From: Candidatus Undinarchaeota archaeon
GTDB taxonomy: Archaea; SpSt-1190; JASMDC01
Length of the DNA stretch: 64,000 nucleotides
Direction of reading: 5' to 3'
Assembly (NCBI GenBank): GCA_964519305.1
Contig: CAZFHY010000012.1
Span: 32,001-96,000, forward strand
Shown: positions 19,711 to 29,217 of the stretch, one piece after another
Position numbering within the stretch: the first letter of the stretch is position 1
Layout of the letters: every line of letters starts with the position of its first letter
Translations under genes and position numbers: made by a program
Notes under the pieces: model-generated
Told to the model about the DNA's origin: nothing
Seen by the model: the letters and a program-made list of their open reading frames with translations, nothing else
Database searches by the model: none

Positions 19711-21231
19711 ATGGGCAAGGTGCTCGACCGTCTTTCCGGGCTCGCCCTCCGATACTGGGCTTTCCTTGTCGCAAGCTTCGTGTTCTCCTTCATTTTCAAG
19801 GTCACGGTAGCGGGATGGCTAGGGCCGGCGCACAACGGTGCGTTCGTCATCGGGCTCGGGCTGTGCTCGTTCATCGCTTTCGTGTCCCAGTTGGGCTACC
19901 CCTTCGCCCTGACCCGGTTCATCGCGGAGCACAAGGAGCAGGAGGACCGCGAAGCAGTGTCCGAGACGCTCTCGGGATGTCTTGTCCTGGTCATCGTAAC
20001 CGGCGGTATCGCCGGAGTAGGCCTATTCCTCGCTTCCGACCATGTGGCGACCACTGTGTACAAGGACCCTGAGCTCGCGACCACTATCGCACTGTTCGCC
20101 CTCGTCATCCCTCTCTTCGCCCTGTTCGACGCTACGTTCTACGCCCTGCGCGGTTTCCAGCGACAGGACCAGGAAGGGATGATTCGGGCCTTGAGCACGC
20201 TCGTCCAGCTCGTGATCGCTGTGGCCCTCCTCTCAATGGGCTTGGGCCTGCGCGGTGTCATCGCCGCTGTCATCGCCAGTTTCGTCGTCAGCGCGGTGGC
20301 AGGCCTCTTCCTCGTATCAAGGAACGCGGGCGGGGTCCGCCCCGTGATGCCGTCGTCCGATTCGTTCAAACGGCTCAGCACGTTCGCCATCCCGCTGGGG
20401 ATCTCCAACATGTTCGCCACGGTCTCTGAACTTGTGGACACCGCCATCATCACTCGCGTCGCCGGCAAGGCGGTCGTCGGCGCCTACCAGGCATGCTTCC
20501 CCTTCACGATCAGCCTGGCGAACCTATCCTTCTTCATCGCACCTCTCATCATGCCGCTGGCCGCAGGTCTTTCGTCCGGTGGTGACGAACGTCGGCTCAA
20601 GCGGCTGTTCGGGGCACTGGTCCGTTACCCGTGGTTCGCATTCCTCCCGGTCGCTCTGCTTGTAGCGGGGATCGCGGATCCCCTGGTCACTCACCTGTAC
20701 GCTCAGCGATACGGGCCCTACCTCCCCGAGATGGGCCGCCTGACAGCGGTCCTCGCCTTCGCCGTGCTCTTCCAGATGCTCACTCTCCTCTTCTTCCAGA
20801 TGGCCGGTGGCCTCGGGAGGTCCCAAGAGGTGCTCCGTATCAACCTTGCCTACCTCTCGATTCTCGCCGGACTGGACCTCGTGCTGGTCCCCGAACTGAG
20901 CGCCACCGGCGCCGCCATCGCACGGCTCGTGGCCGCAGGAAGCGCGGTCGCTCTCTACATCCGACTTCTGGGGAATGAGGTCGGACGACCTTCGTTCGCG
21001 GGGATCCCAACAAGCTGCCTTCTTGCACTTGTCGCGTTCGCTGCCATGCGGTCGGTACCGGTTACATCACCTGTCCCCGCCATCGCGGCACGCGCTGCTG
21101 TGGGGCTCGTCATCTACATACCAGCATTCCTGTACCTTTGCGTTACGGAGGATGACCGGACCGTTGTCAAGGAGTTCATCGGCTCCTTACCGGGGAAGGA
21201 TGTTGCCGCTGACGAGGATGTCGATGCGTGA
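19711..21231 (+). CDS. Oligosaccharide flippase (Wzx/RfbX, MOP superfamily)
   Basis: Many TMs, LGPAHNG, LGYPFALTRFIAE, ALRGFQR, VDT, VGAY, GAAIA motifs. Confidence 0.9.
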   Translation: MGKVLDRLSGLALRYWAFLVASFVFSFIFKVTVAGWLGPAHNGAFVIGLGLCSFIAFVSQLGYPFALTRFIAEHKEQEDREAVSETLSGCLVLVIVTGGIAGVGLFLASDHVATTVYKDPELATTIALFALVIPLFALFDATFYALRGFQRQDQEGMIRALSTLVQLVIAVALLSMGLGLRGVIAAVIASFVVSAVAGLFLVSRNAGGVRPVMPSSDSFKRLSTFAIPLGISNMFATVSELVDTAIITRVAGKAVVGAYQACFPFTISLANLSFFIAPLIMPLAAGLSSGGDERRLKRLFGALVRYPWFAFLPVALLVAGIADPLVTHLYAQRYGPYLPEMGRLTAVLAFAVLFQMLTLLFFQMAGGLGRSQEVLRINLAYLSILAGLDLVLVPELSATGAAIARLVAAGSAVALYIRLLGNEVGRPSFAGIPTSCLLALVAFAAMRSVPVTSPVPAIAARAAVGLVIYIPAFLYLCVTEDDRTVVKEFIGSLPGKDVAADEDVDA

Positions 21232-21332
21232 CCCGTCACCCCTTCCTAGTGACACCCAATCCAAAAGATATATATACCCCCTGTCCTGCCGATTTTGTTC
21301 ATTCAAGGACTAATGGTACACAGGTGACAACC

Positions 21333-21929
21333 ATGATTGAGCTCCCAAACGAGGGCGATGCCCCCAGTTATGACATAGGTGGAATGAAGGAAGAGATCGA
21401 TGCCTACATGGGCGTGCTGGACAAGTACAACCAGCAGATCCTCCAGGGACGTCCACCTTGGGACAAGTTCGAGGAGATGGACTGGCACACTGGTGCCAAG
21501 GACTATCTAAAGGAGCTCCATGGTAACGACGCGTCCACCGTGTACAATGCCTTGAAGAACACCGGCGACGTCACCACCTTCATGAGCTTCGGGCTGAAAC
21601 AGTCGTATGGCGGCGAGGCGGTCGACGCCTTGATGGACGAGTACGCCAATCAGACCCGCGACGCTTTCGACAAGCTCAGTGGTAAGGTGCGCGAGGCCGG
21701 GATGGAGAGCTTCGCCGAGACCTTCACGGGCATCGGCGACGGGCTGGCAAAGGTCTACGAGCATCAGCCCTCCGGCTACCTCTTTGCCGAGGGATTGCTG
21801 CATATCAGTGATCAGGCGAGCAACATCGCCAAGAGCATCGAGCAGTCCGCCGACAAGTTCACCGGCGAGCTCGAGAAGCTCACGAACCTGATCGACAAGC
21901 TGAACGAGCGGTACGGGGAGCTGGAGTAA
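21333..21929 (+). CDS. Hypothetical acidic helical protein
   Basis: AGGTGA RBS, TATA at about 21268, T-rich tract downstream. Confidence 0.75.
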   Translation: MIELPNEGDAPSYDIGGMKEEIDAYMGVLDKYNQQILQGRPPWDKFEEMDWHTGAKDYLKELHGNDASTVYNALKNTGDVTTFMSFGLKQSYGGEAVDALMDEYANQTRDAFDKLSGKVREAGMESFAETFTGIGDGLAKVYEHQPSGYLFAEGLLHISDQASNIAKSIEQSADKFTGELEKLTNLIDKLNERYGELE

Positions 21930-22036
21930 CCCTCCAGCCCCCTGCCTTTTCTTTTCCCATTTTCCACCCTGCATAGCGTGAGCTAGGACCGGCAGGGCAC
22001 GAAGCCCATTTATTCCTTTACCCACTCAAAAGCGCC

Positions 22037-23248
22037 ATGGATATCGCCAGGGCCACACATCTTCTCGAGGACGACATCACAGGGTTCTGTCAGCGACTGG
22101 TGAGGACACCCTCCCTCTCAGGTGACGAAGGAGCGGTGGCCGAGCTCCTCCTGAACCGTCTCGACAGTTCATTCGATGAGGTGTTCATCGACCCTATGGG
22201 ATCGGTAATAGGCCGGATCGAGGGTGGCGACGGTCCTTCCATCCTCTTCAATGGTCACATGGACACAGTCCCCCCCGGGGACAGGGAGGCCTGGTCGTGC
22301 GAACCGTTCTGCGGAACGGTCGTTGACGGACAGGTCTTCGGCCGCGGCGCTGTCGATATGAAGGGCGCGCTGGCGGCCATGGCCTTCATGGGCGATATCC
22401 TGGCAAAGGCCGGTATCGAGCCACCAGGTGAGCGAATTGTTTGCTTCGTCGTGCACGAGGAGACGTGCGAAGGCCTTGCCATGCGCCACCTCCTCGAGGA
22501 GGGACGTGTCCACGAGCCCGCCCTCGTGGTCCTCGGTGAGGCCACGGGTCTCGACCTGGCCATCGGTCATCGGGGCCGTGCTGAGGTCACGCTCACGACC
22601 CCGGGCGTTTCGGCCCACGCTAGCATGCCCCACCTGGGCGAGAACGCCCTCATGTCTATGACGCGGGTGCTGGACCGGTTGGACTCCGTCGAGCTGCCCG
22701 CGCACGACCTCCTTGGCGGTGGTACCCAGTGCGCCGTGGGCATAAGCTGCTCTCCTGGCGACGGACCAGTGGTCCCGGAGCGATGCAACGCCCTGATCGA
22801 CCGGCGGACCGTGATCGGTGAGACCGCAGAGGGTGTCGTGGACCAGTACCGCGAGCTTATAGAGTCCATCGGCATTGATGGTGCCACGGCCACGCTCAGG
22901 CGCCACAAGCTCAGATGTCACACGGGGCTCCAGGTGGAGGGCGAGGCGTTCTACCCGGCCTGGCTGCTCCCCGATGGCTCGCCCCTGGGCCAGGGATGCC
23001 TCAGGACACTGGAGGCCGTCGGTCTCTCACCGTCACCCACCGTGTGGAACTTCAGCACCGACGGGGCGTACACGGCCGGTGTCCGCAACATCCCCACCGT
23101 TGGTTTCGGACCTGGTAACGAGTCGCTTGCCCATCGCCCTGACGAGCATGTCCCTGTCAGCGAGATCATCCGGGCCGCTACCGGGTACGCGGCAATCGCG
23201 GCCTCTGGCATGCGTCGTGTAGGTGGGTACGAGGTGGACGACGAATAG
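22037..23248 (+). CDS. M20 family metallopeptidase/amidohydrolase (YgeY/ArgE/DapE-like)
   Basis: NGHMDTV, GRGAVDMKG, VHEE, GEAT, AHAS, FSTDG, AHRPDE. Confidence 0.93.
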   Translation: MDIARATHLLEDDITGFCQRLVRTPSLSGDEGAVAELLLNRLDSSFDEVFIDPMGSVIGRIEGGDGPSILFNGHMDTVPPGDREAWSCEPFCGTVVDGQVFGRGAVDMKGALAAMAFMGDILAKAGIEPPGERIVCFVVHEETCEGLAMRHLLEEGRVHEPALVVLGEATGLDLAIGHRGRAEVTLTTPGVSAHASMPHLGENALMSMTRVLDRLDSVELPAHDLLGGGTQCAVGISCSPGDGPVVPERCNALIDRRTVIGETAEGVVDQYRELIESIGIDGATATLRRHKLRCHTGLQVEGEAFYPAWLLPDGSPLGQGCLRTLEAVGLSPSPTVWNFSTDGAYTAGVRNIPTVGFGPGNESLAHRPDEHVPVSEIIRAATGYAAIAASGMRRVGGYEVDDE

Positions 23249-23296
23249 TACCTCGGGGTCACTGACACATACTCTACCTGACCGCCCACCACTCGT

Positions 23297-24700
23297 TCAG
23301 AACAGGAAGTACAGGTACACGAAATAGAGGCCGGCCAGGATGAAAGCGGCCTTGCGACCCACGCGACCTGTGCGCCACATGATGGCGACTGCGACAGCTG
23401 AGCAGAACAGCATGTATAGTCCGTTGCTGCGCACCAGGCCCGAGTTCACGATGATGTTCCCGCCCATGAAGGCACCGAAGCCGATTGAGAAGAGCGGATC
23501 CGTGATGTTGCTGCCCACGAGGTTGCCCAGGCTCATCTCCTCCTCACCTTTGTAGGCGGCCATGGCCGAGATGATCAGCTCTGGAAGCGAGGTACCGAAC
23601 CCGACCATCGTCATACCGATGATGAAGGCGGGTACACCGAACATGATGGCAAGGTTCACGGACGTGCGGACGAGCATGTTGCTCCCCACCACAACGAAGA
23701 TGAATCCCGCGATCAGGAGCACTATGGCCTTCTCCCGGGTAATCTTGGAATCCTGGATCACATCGGGTGGAGCGGAGTGCTTGTAGAGGTAGATCACGTA
23801 ACAGATATAGAGCAGGGCAAGGCCCAGCCCCTCGAACCGCGTGACACACCCGGTGTCGAAGGTCGCTGAGGCGGCGTTCGAGGTACATGTGGTATTTACA
23901 GTGGACAGCTGCTGGGTGTCCGGATCAAGATAGGTCACCTCGGCCGAACCTGTCTTGGCTTCGAGCTCAGTATCATATCGGACCATCACGTTCTTGCATG
24001 TAAGAGTAATATCGCCATCGTTCCCGAACTCCTTCTTGCACGTGCAGGAGTCGGTATCCACATCGGACTCGATGAGCGATATGGTCTCAGGGATGCACAG
24101 GGAGACATTGTTGAATGGAATGTCCTGTCCGGGAGGATCGTCACCCTCGCAAATGACTGTGAGCTCATTGTCGTGCATGTCGAGCCCCATGACCAGCTGT
24201 GACTTTCCGGATGCCTCGGTGTATCCAAGGTGGGATGTGAACTCACCACTACGGTCCATGCAGCGGAAGGTACCGGGACCCGGTTCGCACTGGAGCGTAT
24301 GGGCACAGGTGCCCGTGAGCATCGCTAGGATGCCAAGGGTCGCTGCCGCGAGCATGATGATACCGTCCTGGCGTACCTCGGACCGTTCCATGAAGATCGG
24401 GCGGATGAAGGCGCAGATACCCAGGATGAGGGTTATCTGGACAAGGTCCGAACCGATTATGTTTCCCCCGGACACTCCACCGTAGCCCTTGAACGCGGCG
24501 GTCGTCGAAACGGCGATCTCCGGGATCGACGTCCCCACCGAGATGAGGGTGAGGCCGATGAAGGCGGACGACACTCCGAGATAGAGCGCCATGGCCGACG
24601 CCGAGTCGACCACCCACTCACTGCCGAAATATACGAGGATGATAGCTACAACGAACTCTATGAATAGAAGGATGACAGGCAGCGTAAGCGGCAGTGCCAC
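23297..24700 (-). CDS. Calcium/sodium antiporter (CaCA, YrbG-like) with Cys-rich insertion
   Basis: Two alpha repeats GTSIPE/GNIIGS and GTSLPE/GNLVGSN. Confidence 0.92.
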   Translation of the reverse strand: MALPLTLPVILLFIEFVVAIILVYFGSEWVVDSASAMALYLGVSSAFIGLTLISVGTSIPEIAVSTTAAFKGYGGVSGGNIIGSDLVQITLILGICAFIRPIFMERSEVRQDGIIMLAAATLGILAMLTGTCAHTLQCEPGPGTFRCMDRSGEFTSHLGYTEASGKSQLVMGLDMHDNELTVICEGDDPPGQDIPFNNVSLCIPETISLIESDVDTDSCTCKKEFGNDGDITLTCKNVMVRYDTELEAKTGSAEVTYLDPDTQQLSTVNTTCTSNAASATFDTGCVTRFEGLGLALLYICYVIYLYKHSAPPDVIQDSKITREKAIVLLIAGFIFVVVGSNMLVRTSVNLAIMFGVPAFIIGMTMVGFGTSLPELIISAMAAYKGEEEMSLGNLVGSNITDPLFSIGFGAFMGGNIIVNSGLVRSNGLYMLFCSAVAVAIMWRTGRVGRKAAFILAGLYFVYLYFLF

Positions 24701-24754
24701 GATGACACTAACTACTAAGGCTTTATTAAACTTCCCAGATGCGAGCCGCTCCCC

Positions 24755-25894
24755 TCATCTGAGCTTGGAGAGGATGGGTGTGAGCACTGCAGGGATGCTC
24801 ACAAAAGTCCCTATGGTGCTCCCGATGTTCGCCGCAGCTCCTACTAGGAGCACGCGAAATGCGCTATTGGCCATGAGATCGTCCATATCCTCTATCTTCG
24901 TCAACGCCTCTAGGTCCTCGACCGTCAATCGACGCCACCATGCCTCGGCCAGTCCGGCGAACCATCCTGCGGCCAAGAACGGTGAGAGGCTAGTGATAGG
25001 GGCGGCCAGGAACGCTGTTATTATCGCGGGGATGCTCCCGCTTACGAGCAGGGTGCACAGCGCAGAGAGCACTCCGTTGATGAGCACCCACCGACCGAGC
25101 TCGGCACCGATGGCCACTCCCTTGAGCATGGCCAGTAGGAAGACGGCAAGGAACATGAAAGGGAGAGCGTACAAGAACATACGACCCCAGTGCCGGCGTT
25201 CTACTATCTCGACCTCCGGTATCTCTTCATCGGTACGCAGATGGGTGGCTATTCCGTTCGCGTGAGCAGCACCCACCACAGCGACGACTGAACTCTCCTT
25301 AGCTGCGGCCTGGATGCGACGTGCCATGTAGGCGTCCCGTTCCGCCAGCAGCACCCGGTGGGCGCCAGGGGACATGTCACGAAGCTGGTCGACAAGTTCT
25401 AAGATGGCATCGCCGTCCTTGTATGTATCAAGGAGCTCGCCCACCTCCGTCTGGAGGACCTCGTCGTCAGGGGATACCAGTTCTTTGAGTATCCCGTACT
25501 TCTCTCCAAGGCTCATCTCGTCCAACGCACGACGAAGTGTCGTGGTGATGTCCCTGTCCACGAGCACGACCTCGGCGTCCACCTCTTTCGCCGCTTCGAT
25601 CGCGGCCAGCATCTCCTCTCCGGGGCGGCTGCCGACACGTTGCCCGACCATTCGCTGGAATGCGAGCATCAACGCGTTGGCCAGGGCGATGTAAAGCCGG
25701 TCGGAGCGAAGGAGGTCGGCAATAGGCTCCTTCCGCCAGTCCTTTCCCTCAACGATTGCCTTGTAGCGCTTCTCGTCAAGTTCCACGGCGACGGCACCGG
25801 GACGTTCCTTTGAGATAACGGAACGGACCTCATCGATGGAGTCGGCAGAGACGTGCGCCGTCCCAACAATGATGATGTTACTAATCCTCTCCAC
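24755..25894 (-). CDS. TraB/PrgY family protein
   Basis: VGTAHVS, VELD, PGEEM, LVDRDI, ERDAYMA, VVGAAH; C-terminal TMs. Confidence 0.93.
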   Translation of the reverse strand: MERISNIIIVGTAHVSADSIDEVRSVISKERPGAVAVELDEKRYKAIVEGKDWRKEPIADLLRSDRLYIALANALMLAFQRMVGQRVGSRPGEEMLAAIEAAKEVDAEVVLVDRDITTTLRRALDEMSLGEKYGILKELVSPDDEVLQTEVGELLDTYKDGDAILELVDQLRDMSPGAHRVLLAERDAYMARRIQAAAKESSVVAVVGAAHANGIATHLRTDEEIPEVEIVERRHWGRMFLYALPFMFLAVFLLAMLKGVAIGAELGRWVLINGVLSALCTLLVSGSIPAIITAFLAAPITSLSPFLAAGWFAGLAEAWWRRLTVEDLEALTKIEDMDDLMANSAFRVLLVGAAANIGSTIGTFVSIPAVLTPILSKLR

Positions 25895-25921
25895 TTGGAT
25901 TGCCTCTGGAGGCCAGCGGCC

Positions 25922-26182
25922 TCAGCTCTTCTTGAGGATGAACTCGATCTCCGAACGAAGACAGGAACTGGTGGACGCGAGCCGTCCGAACTCGTCCAGG
26001 AGGGTGGAGAGGCGGATCACCATGGTGTCGTCGATCTCCCCGCCATGCTCGTCGATGATCGCGCCGAGCTTCTCGAACCAGTGAAGAGAGAGCTTCTCGT
26101 TGCCCTCCAGCTTATCGAGGACCTCTTGGAGCCGCTTCTCACCTCCGAGAACGTCCTTGAGCCAGGTCGCCGTTTCCTCCAT
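25922..26182 (-). CDS. Small hypothetical protein
   Basis: Co-oriented ORF with coding-like composition. Confidence 0.55.
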   Translation of the reverse strand: MEETATWLKDVLGGEKRLQEVLDKLEGNEKLSLHWFEKLGAIIDEHGGEIDDTMVIRLSTLLDEFGRLASTSSCLRSEIEFILKKS

Positions 26183-26281
26183 GGGTCTCACTCTCCGAGC
26201 GTGTTGTATTGATACCCGTTGATATTTATAAGGCTCGTATCGAAGGGGCCTCCTGCGAAAGTCACGGAACAGGCGTGGGCG

Positions 26282-27121
26282 TTACTCTACGACACACGAT
26301 GCGTAGCCGTTGACCTGAGTGTCGTCGTTGAGGATCTCACCTGACGTGTAGTACTTTAGCACGCGTGCCTGCTTGGCGCCCATCTCTTTACAGGCGACCA
26401 TCATCGCGCTCACGGGCGCGAATCCGCACATGGACACCTTCTTCCGCTCAATGGTCTTCATCAGGCGCTCCTCGTCGAGCTTCTCGATGTTCTGGAGCAC
26501 CAGATCGTCCAGCTCCGATGCCACGCGAGCGGGGACGAAGTGCGAGAAGTCCGATGAAGCGATGATGAGCACCTTCTTCTTCAGCTCCTCTGCAGCGTCG
26601 ACTATCGAGAAGGCGACGTCGTCGCAGGCGTCCATATCGTGGATCATCATGAGGATGGGCACGATGGGCACGTCGGGGAGCACGTACTGAAGGAACGGTA
26701 GCTGTGTTTCGATGGATGGCTCGTACTGGTGCGCCATCTCGTCCAGGTCGAGCATCTCACCGTGCTTCACGATGGCCTTGGCGAACGCCTCGTCCACCTT
26801 CACTTCCCCTAACGGCGTTTTCCATGCACCGCTCGGGTAGACGGCAAGTCCAGCCCCGGTGCCCGTATGATTAGGGCCGATGATGATGACAACGTCCGGC
26901 TTCGCGGACTCGCCTATCAACTTGTAGGCGTGGGCTGCGCAGGCACCTGAGAACATGAACGCCCCGTGGGGAACGATAATACCGTGGACACGCTTGTCCG
27001 AGCGCTCTCCAGGGAGCGCTCCGGGCCCCAGCTCATGGGTGAAGCTGTGCTTGATCTGGAGCTTGAGCTTATCTGTGTCGGCAAAGTAATGCTGTCCCGC
27101 CACTGCCGGGAGCCTAAGCAT
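26282..27121 (-). CDS. MEMO1 family protein (AmmeMemoRadiSam protein B)
   Basis: R.PAVAG, GPNHTG, WKTPLG, SSDFSH, SMCG. Confidence 0.95.
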   Translation of the reverse strand: MLRLPAVAGQHYFADTDKLKLQIKHSFTHELGPGALPGERSDKRVHGIIVPHGAFMFSGACAAHAYKLIGESAKPDVVIIIGPNHTGTGAGLAVYPSGAWKTPLGEVKVDEAFAKAIVKHGEMLDLDEMAHQYEPSIETQLPFLQYVLPDVPIVPILMMIHDMDACDDVAFSIVDAAEELKKKVLIIASSDFSHFVPARVASELDDLVLQNIEKLDEERLMKTIERKKVSMCGFAPVSAMMVACKEMGAKQARVLKYYTSGEILNDDTQVNGYASCVVE

Positions 27122-27124
27122 ATC

Positions 27125-27721
27125 TTACCCTCCGAACTCTTCTACGGGTACTTCGTACTCGACATCCGGGGGAAGGGTTCCACGCTCGATGAGCATCTCC
27201 TTTGCGATGATCCAGTAGACCAGCCCGAGCGACTTCCGCCCCTTGTTGTTGGAGGGGATGATGAGGTCTATGTTCTCCTTTATGTGGTTGGTATCGCAGA
27301 GAGAGACGATGGGGACACCGACCTCCATAGCCTCAGTGATACACTGCTTGTCAGCGATCGGATCGTTGACGAACACGACCCTAGGCTCAATGTACTTCTC
27401 GTAGGCGGGATTGGTAAGGGTCCCGGGCATGAACCGTCCGATACAGGGGGTACAACCCGTGGCCTCAGCGAACTTGCGGACCGGTTTCTTGGCGATCTCA
27501 CGGGCGGCCACGACAAGAACCTCGCTCGGATCGTACCGGGATAGGAACCGGGAGACGACCCGCAGGCGCTCGTCGATCTTCTGGATGTTCATCACGGCCA
27601 GACCGTCAGGACGGAGCTTGTAAATGAACTCGCTCATATCCTTCATCTTCTGGCGGGTGCCGATGTGTACGCCACTGACAAGGTACTTCTCCAACGGCAC
27701 AAGTTTCCTTTGCCTACTCAT
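27125..27721 (-). CDS. rps2: 30S ribosomal protein uS2
   Basis: GVHIGT, GRFMPGTLTNP, IPSNNKG. Confidence 0.97.
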   Translation of the reverse strand: MSRQRKLVPLEKYLVSGVHIGTRQKMKDMSEFIYKLRPDGLAVMNIQKIDERLRVVSRFLSRYDPSEVLVVAAREIAKKPVRKFAEATGCTPCIGRFMPGTLTNPAYEKYIEPRVVFVNDPIADKQCITEAMEVGVPIVSLCDTNHIKENIDLIIPSNNKGRKSLGLVYWIIAKEMLIERGTLPPDVEYEVPVEEFGG

Positions 27722-27736
27722 CGCCAAGCCCACCAC

Positions 27737-28510
27737 CTAGGTTTTTTTAAACCTTGCTACGGCGGTGAGGACACCATCACTGAGCGTCGGAACAGTCCTC
27801 TTCGCGAGCGCTATGGCCTGTGATACCTTATCGGGCGAGAGCGGGCCCCGGCCACCGGCCGAGACCTGCGCAATAGCGCCGTCCGGCAGGAAGGTAACGC
27901 GGACCTTGGCGTCGGTCACTGCTTCTTCCTCCCGGGTGAGGTCGGCCACGAGCTTCCCGTCCACCAGGCCAAGTGTGCAGGTGACGGGCAATCCGTCCAC
28001 CATCAGTGGGCCGACCCGCTCGTCCCGGACCACCCTCCCGCTGTCAAAGCGCGGCATCCGCGCTGAGGCAAGAGCCGCAACCGATGCCAACACACAGGCG
28101 TCGACCAGAGAACCGTCATCGTTGATGCAGCGTACGTCGAGCTGCACGTGCCACACCGTCCGTCCGGGCTCGATGCACAGACGCATGAGATCAATGGCCT
28201 CAGCATCGCGAAGCGCACGCTCCACGGCCCGGGCAAGAGGAGCATTATCCTTGCCAGCATGGACAAGTAGCACCCCCTCCACAGGATGGTCCGCCACGGG
28301 TGGAGCGGCCTCGAGCCGGACACCGGCAATGACATGGGTCCTCCCTAAGAAGACCTGAGCGGAGCCCTCGGCCACCGGTGCCACGTCGCACATGACCTTC
28401 ACAGGACGGACATCGCCCATGCCCCTGCCATCGAACCGCTGACCGTTCGCCAGAAGGCGTCGTACAGTCCGACGGACCATAGTGCAATCCACCAATCGGG
28501 CAGGCATCAT
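27737..28510 (-). CDS. rrp42: Exosome subunit Rrp42 (divergent)
   Basis: RFDGR, AEGSAQVFLG.T.VIAGV, LCIEPG..VW, DDGSLVDA; operon position. Confidence 0.88.
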   Translation of the reverse strand: MMPARLVDCTMVRRTVRRLLANGQRFDGRGMGDVRPVKVMCDVAPVAEGSAQVFLGRTHVIAGVRLEAAPPVADHPVEGVLLVHAGKDNAPLARAVERALRDAEAIDLMRLCIEPGRTVWHVQLDVRCINDDGSLVDACVLASVAALASARMPRFDSGRVVRDERVGPLMVDGLPVTCTLGLVDGKLVADLTREEEAVTDAKVRVTFLPDGAIAQVSAGGRGPLSPDKVSQAIALAKRTVPTLSDGVLTAVARFKKT

Positions 28511-29217
28511 TTGTCCTCACCTCTGGGCTCGTACCGACGGAGGAACGAGTCGGTCATTAGGTCACGGACAGAACCCATACCGCGTGCTGCGAGGCCTAGA
28601 GCGCTCTCGAGCTCGACCGGCGAGTGCCTGCCGTTGGCGAAGAGAAGGACCAGGTCCCCTCCATGACATGTGAAGCATGCGGTTATCGTGGATGACGCCC
28701 ATGTAGCCTCGATCTCCGACGGGTCCAGGGCGATGAACCGCTTCCCTTGTGCATCATGGATTATGACCACGTCAAGGGCGGCCACCAGATCGCGCATGGG
28801 CACGCCTGCGTCCGCCAGTGCAAGAGAGGCTGCGGTGAGTGCTGTTGCGAGAACGCTGGCACCAGAGGCCACGAGCTGGATGTGTACATCGACGACACAG
28901 CCGGGGAGGTCTTCGAAGAGCACCAGTGTGCTCAAGGCATCCTCCATCCGTTCGGTGAGATCGTCATGTTGTACAGGACCGATGAACGATGGCATATCGA
29001 TCGTGCACCTGACGGTCTTGAGATCATCTTCATTCTCTTGAGGCTCATGCGGTCCGTTGACCGTGACGAGCACCTTCGTACCGCATCGCTCGACCTTGGC
29101 GGATCCGTCGACCCGGGGTATTATCCCGGTCTCGGCCACAGCAGAGCTCATCGCATCGAGGGCTCGGCCATCGAGCCGTCTACCGTCGACGTAAAGGCTC
29201 TCAGCTCGCCTACGCAT
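28507..29217 (-). CDS. rrp41: Exosome subunit Rrp41 (divergent, catalytic motifs absent)
   Basis: RLDGR, DGSA, V.GP.E, AASLALADAGVPMRDLV; position between rrp4 and rrp42. Confidence 0.88.
   Translation of the reverse strand: MRRRAESLYVDGRRLDGRALDAMSSAVAETGIIPRVDGSAKVERCGTKVLVTVNGPHEPQENEDDLKTVRCTIDMPSFIGPVQHDDLTERMEDALSTLVLFEDLPGCVVDVHIQLVASGASVLATALTAASLALADAGVPMRDLVAALDVVIIHDAQGKRFIALDPSEIEATWASSTITACFTCHGGDLVLLFANGRHSPVELESALGLAARGMGSVRDLMTDSFLRRYEPRGEDK

Noticed and set aside
22037-23248. Selenium-dependent (YgeY/Sec) system
   Set aside because: No in-frame TGA, SECIS-like element or selD/yqeB/yqeC genes seen nearby.
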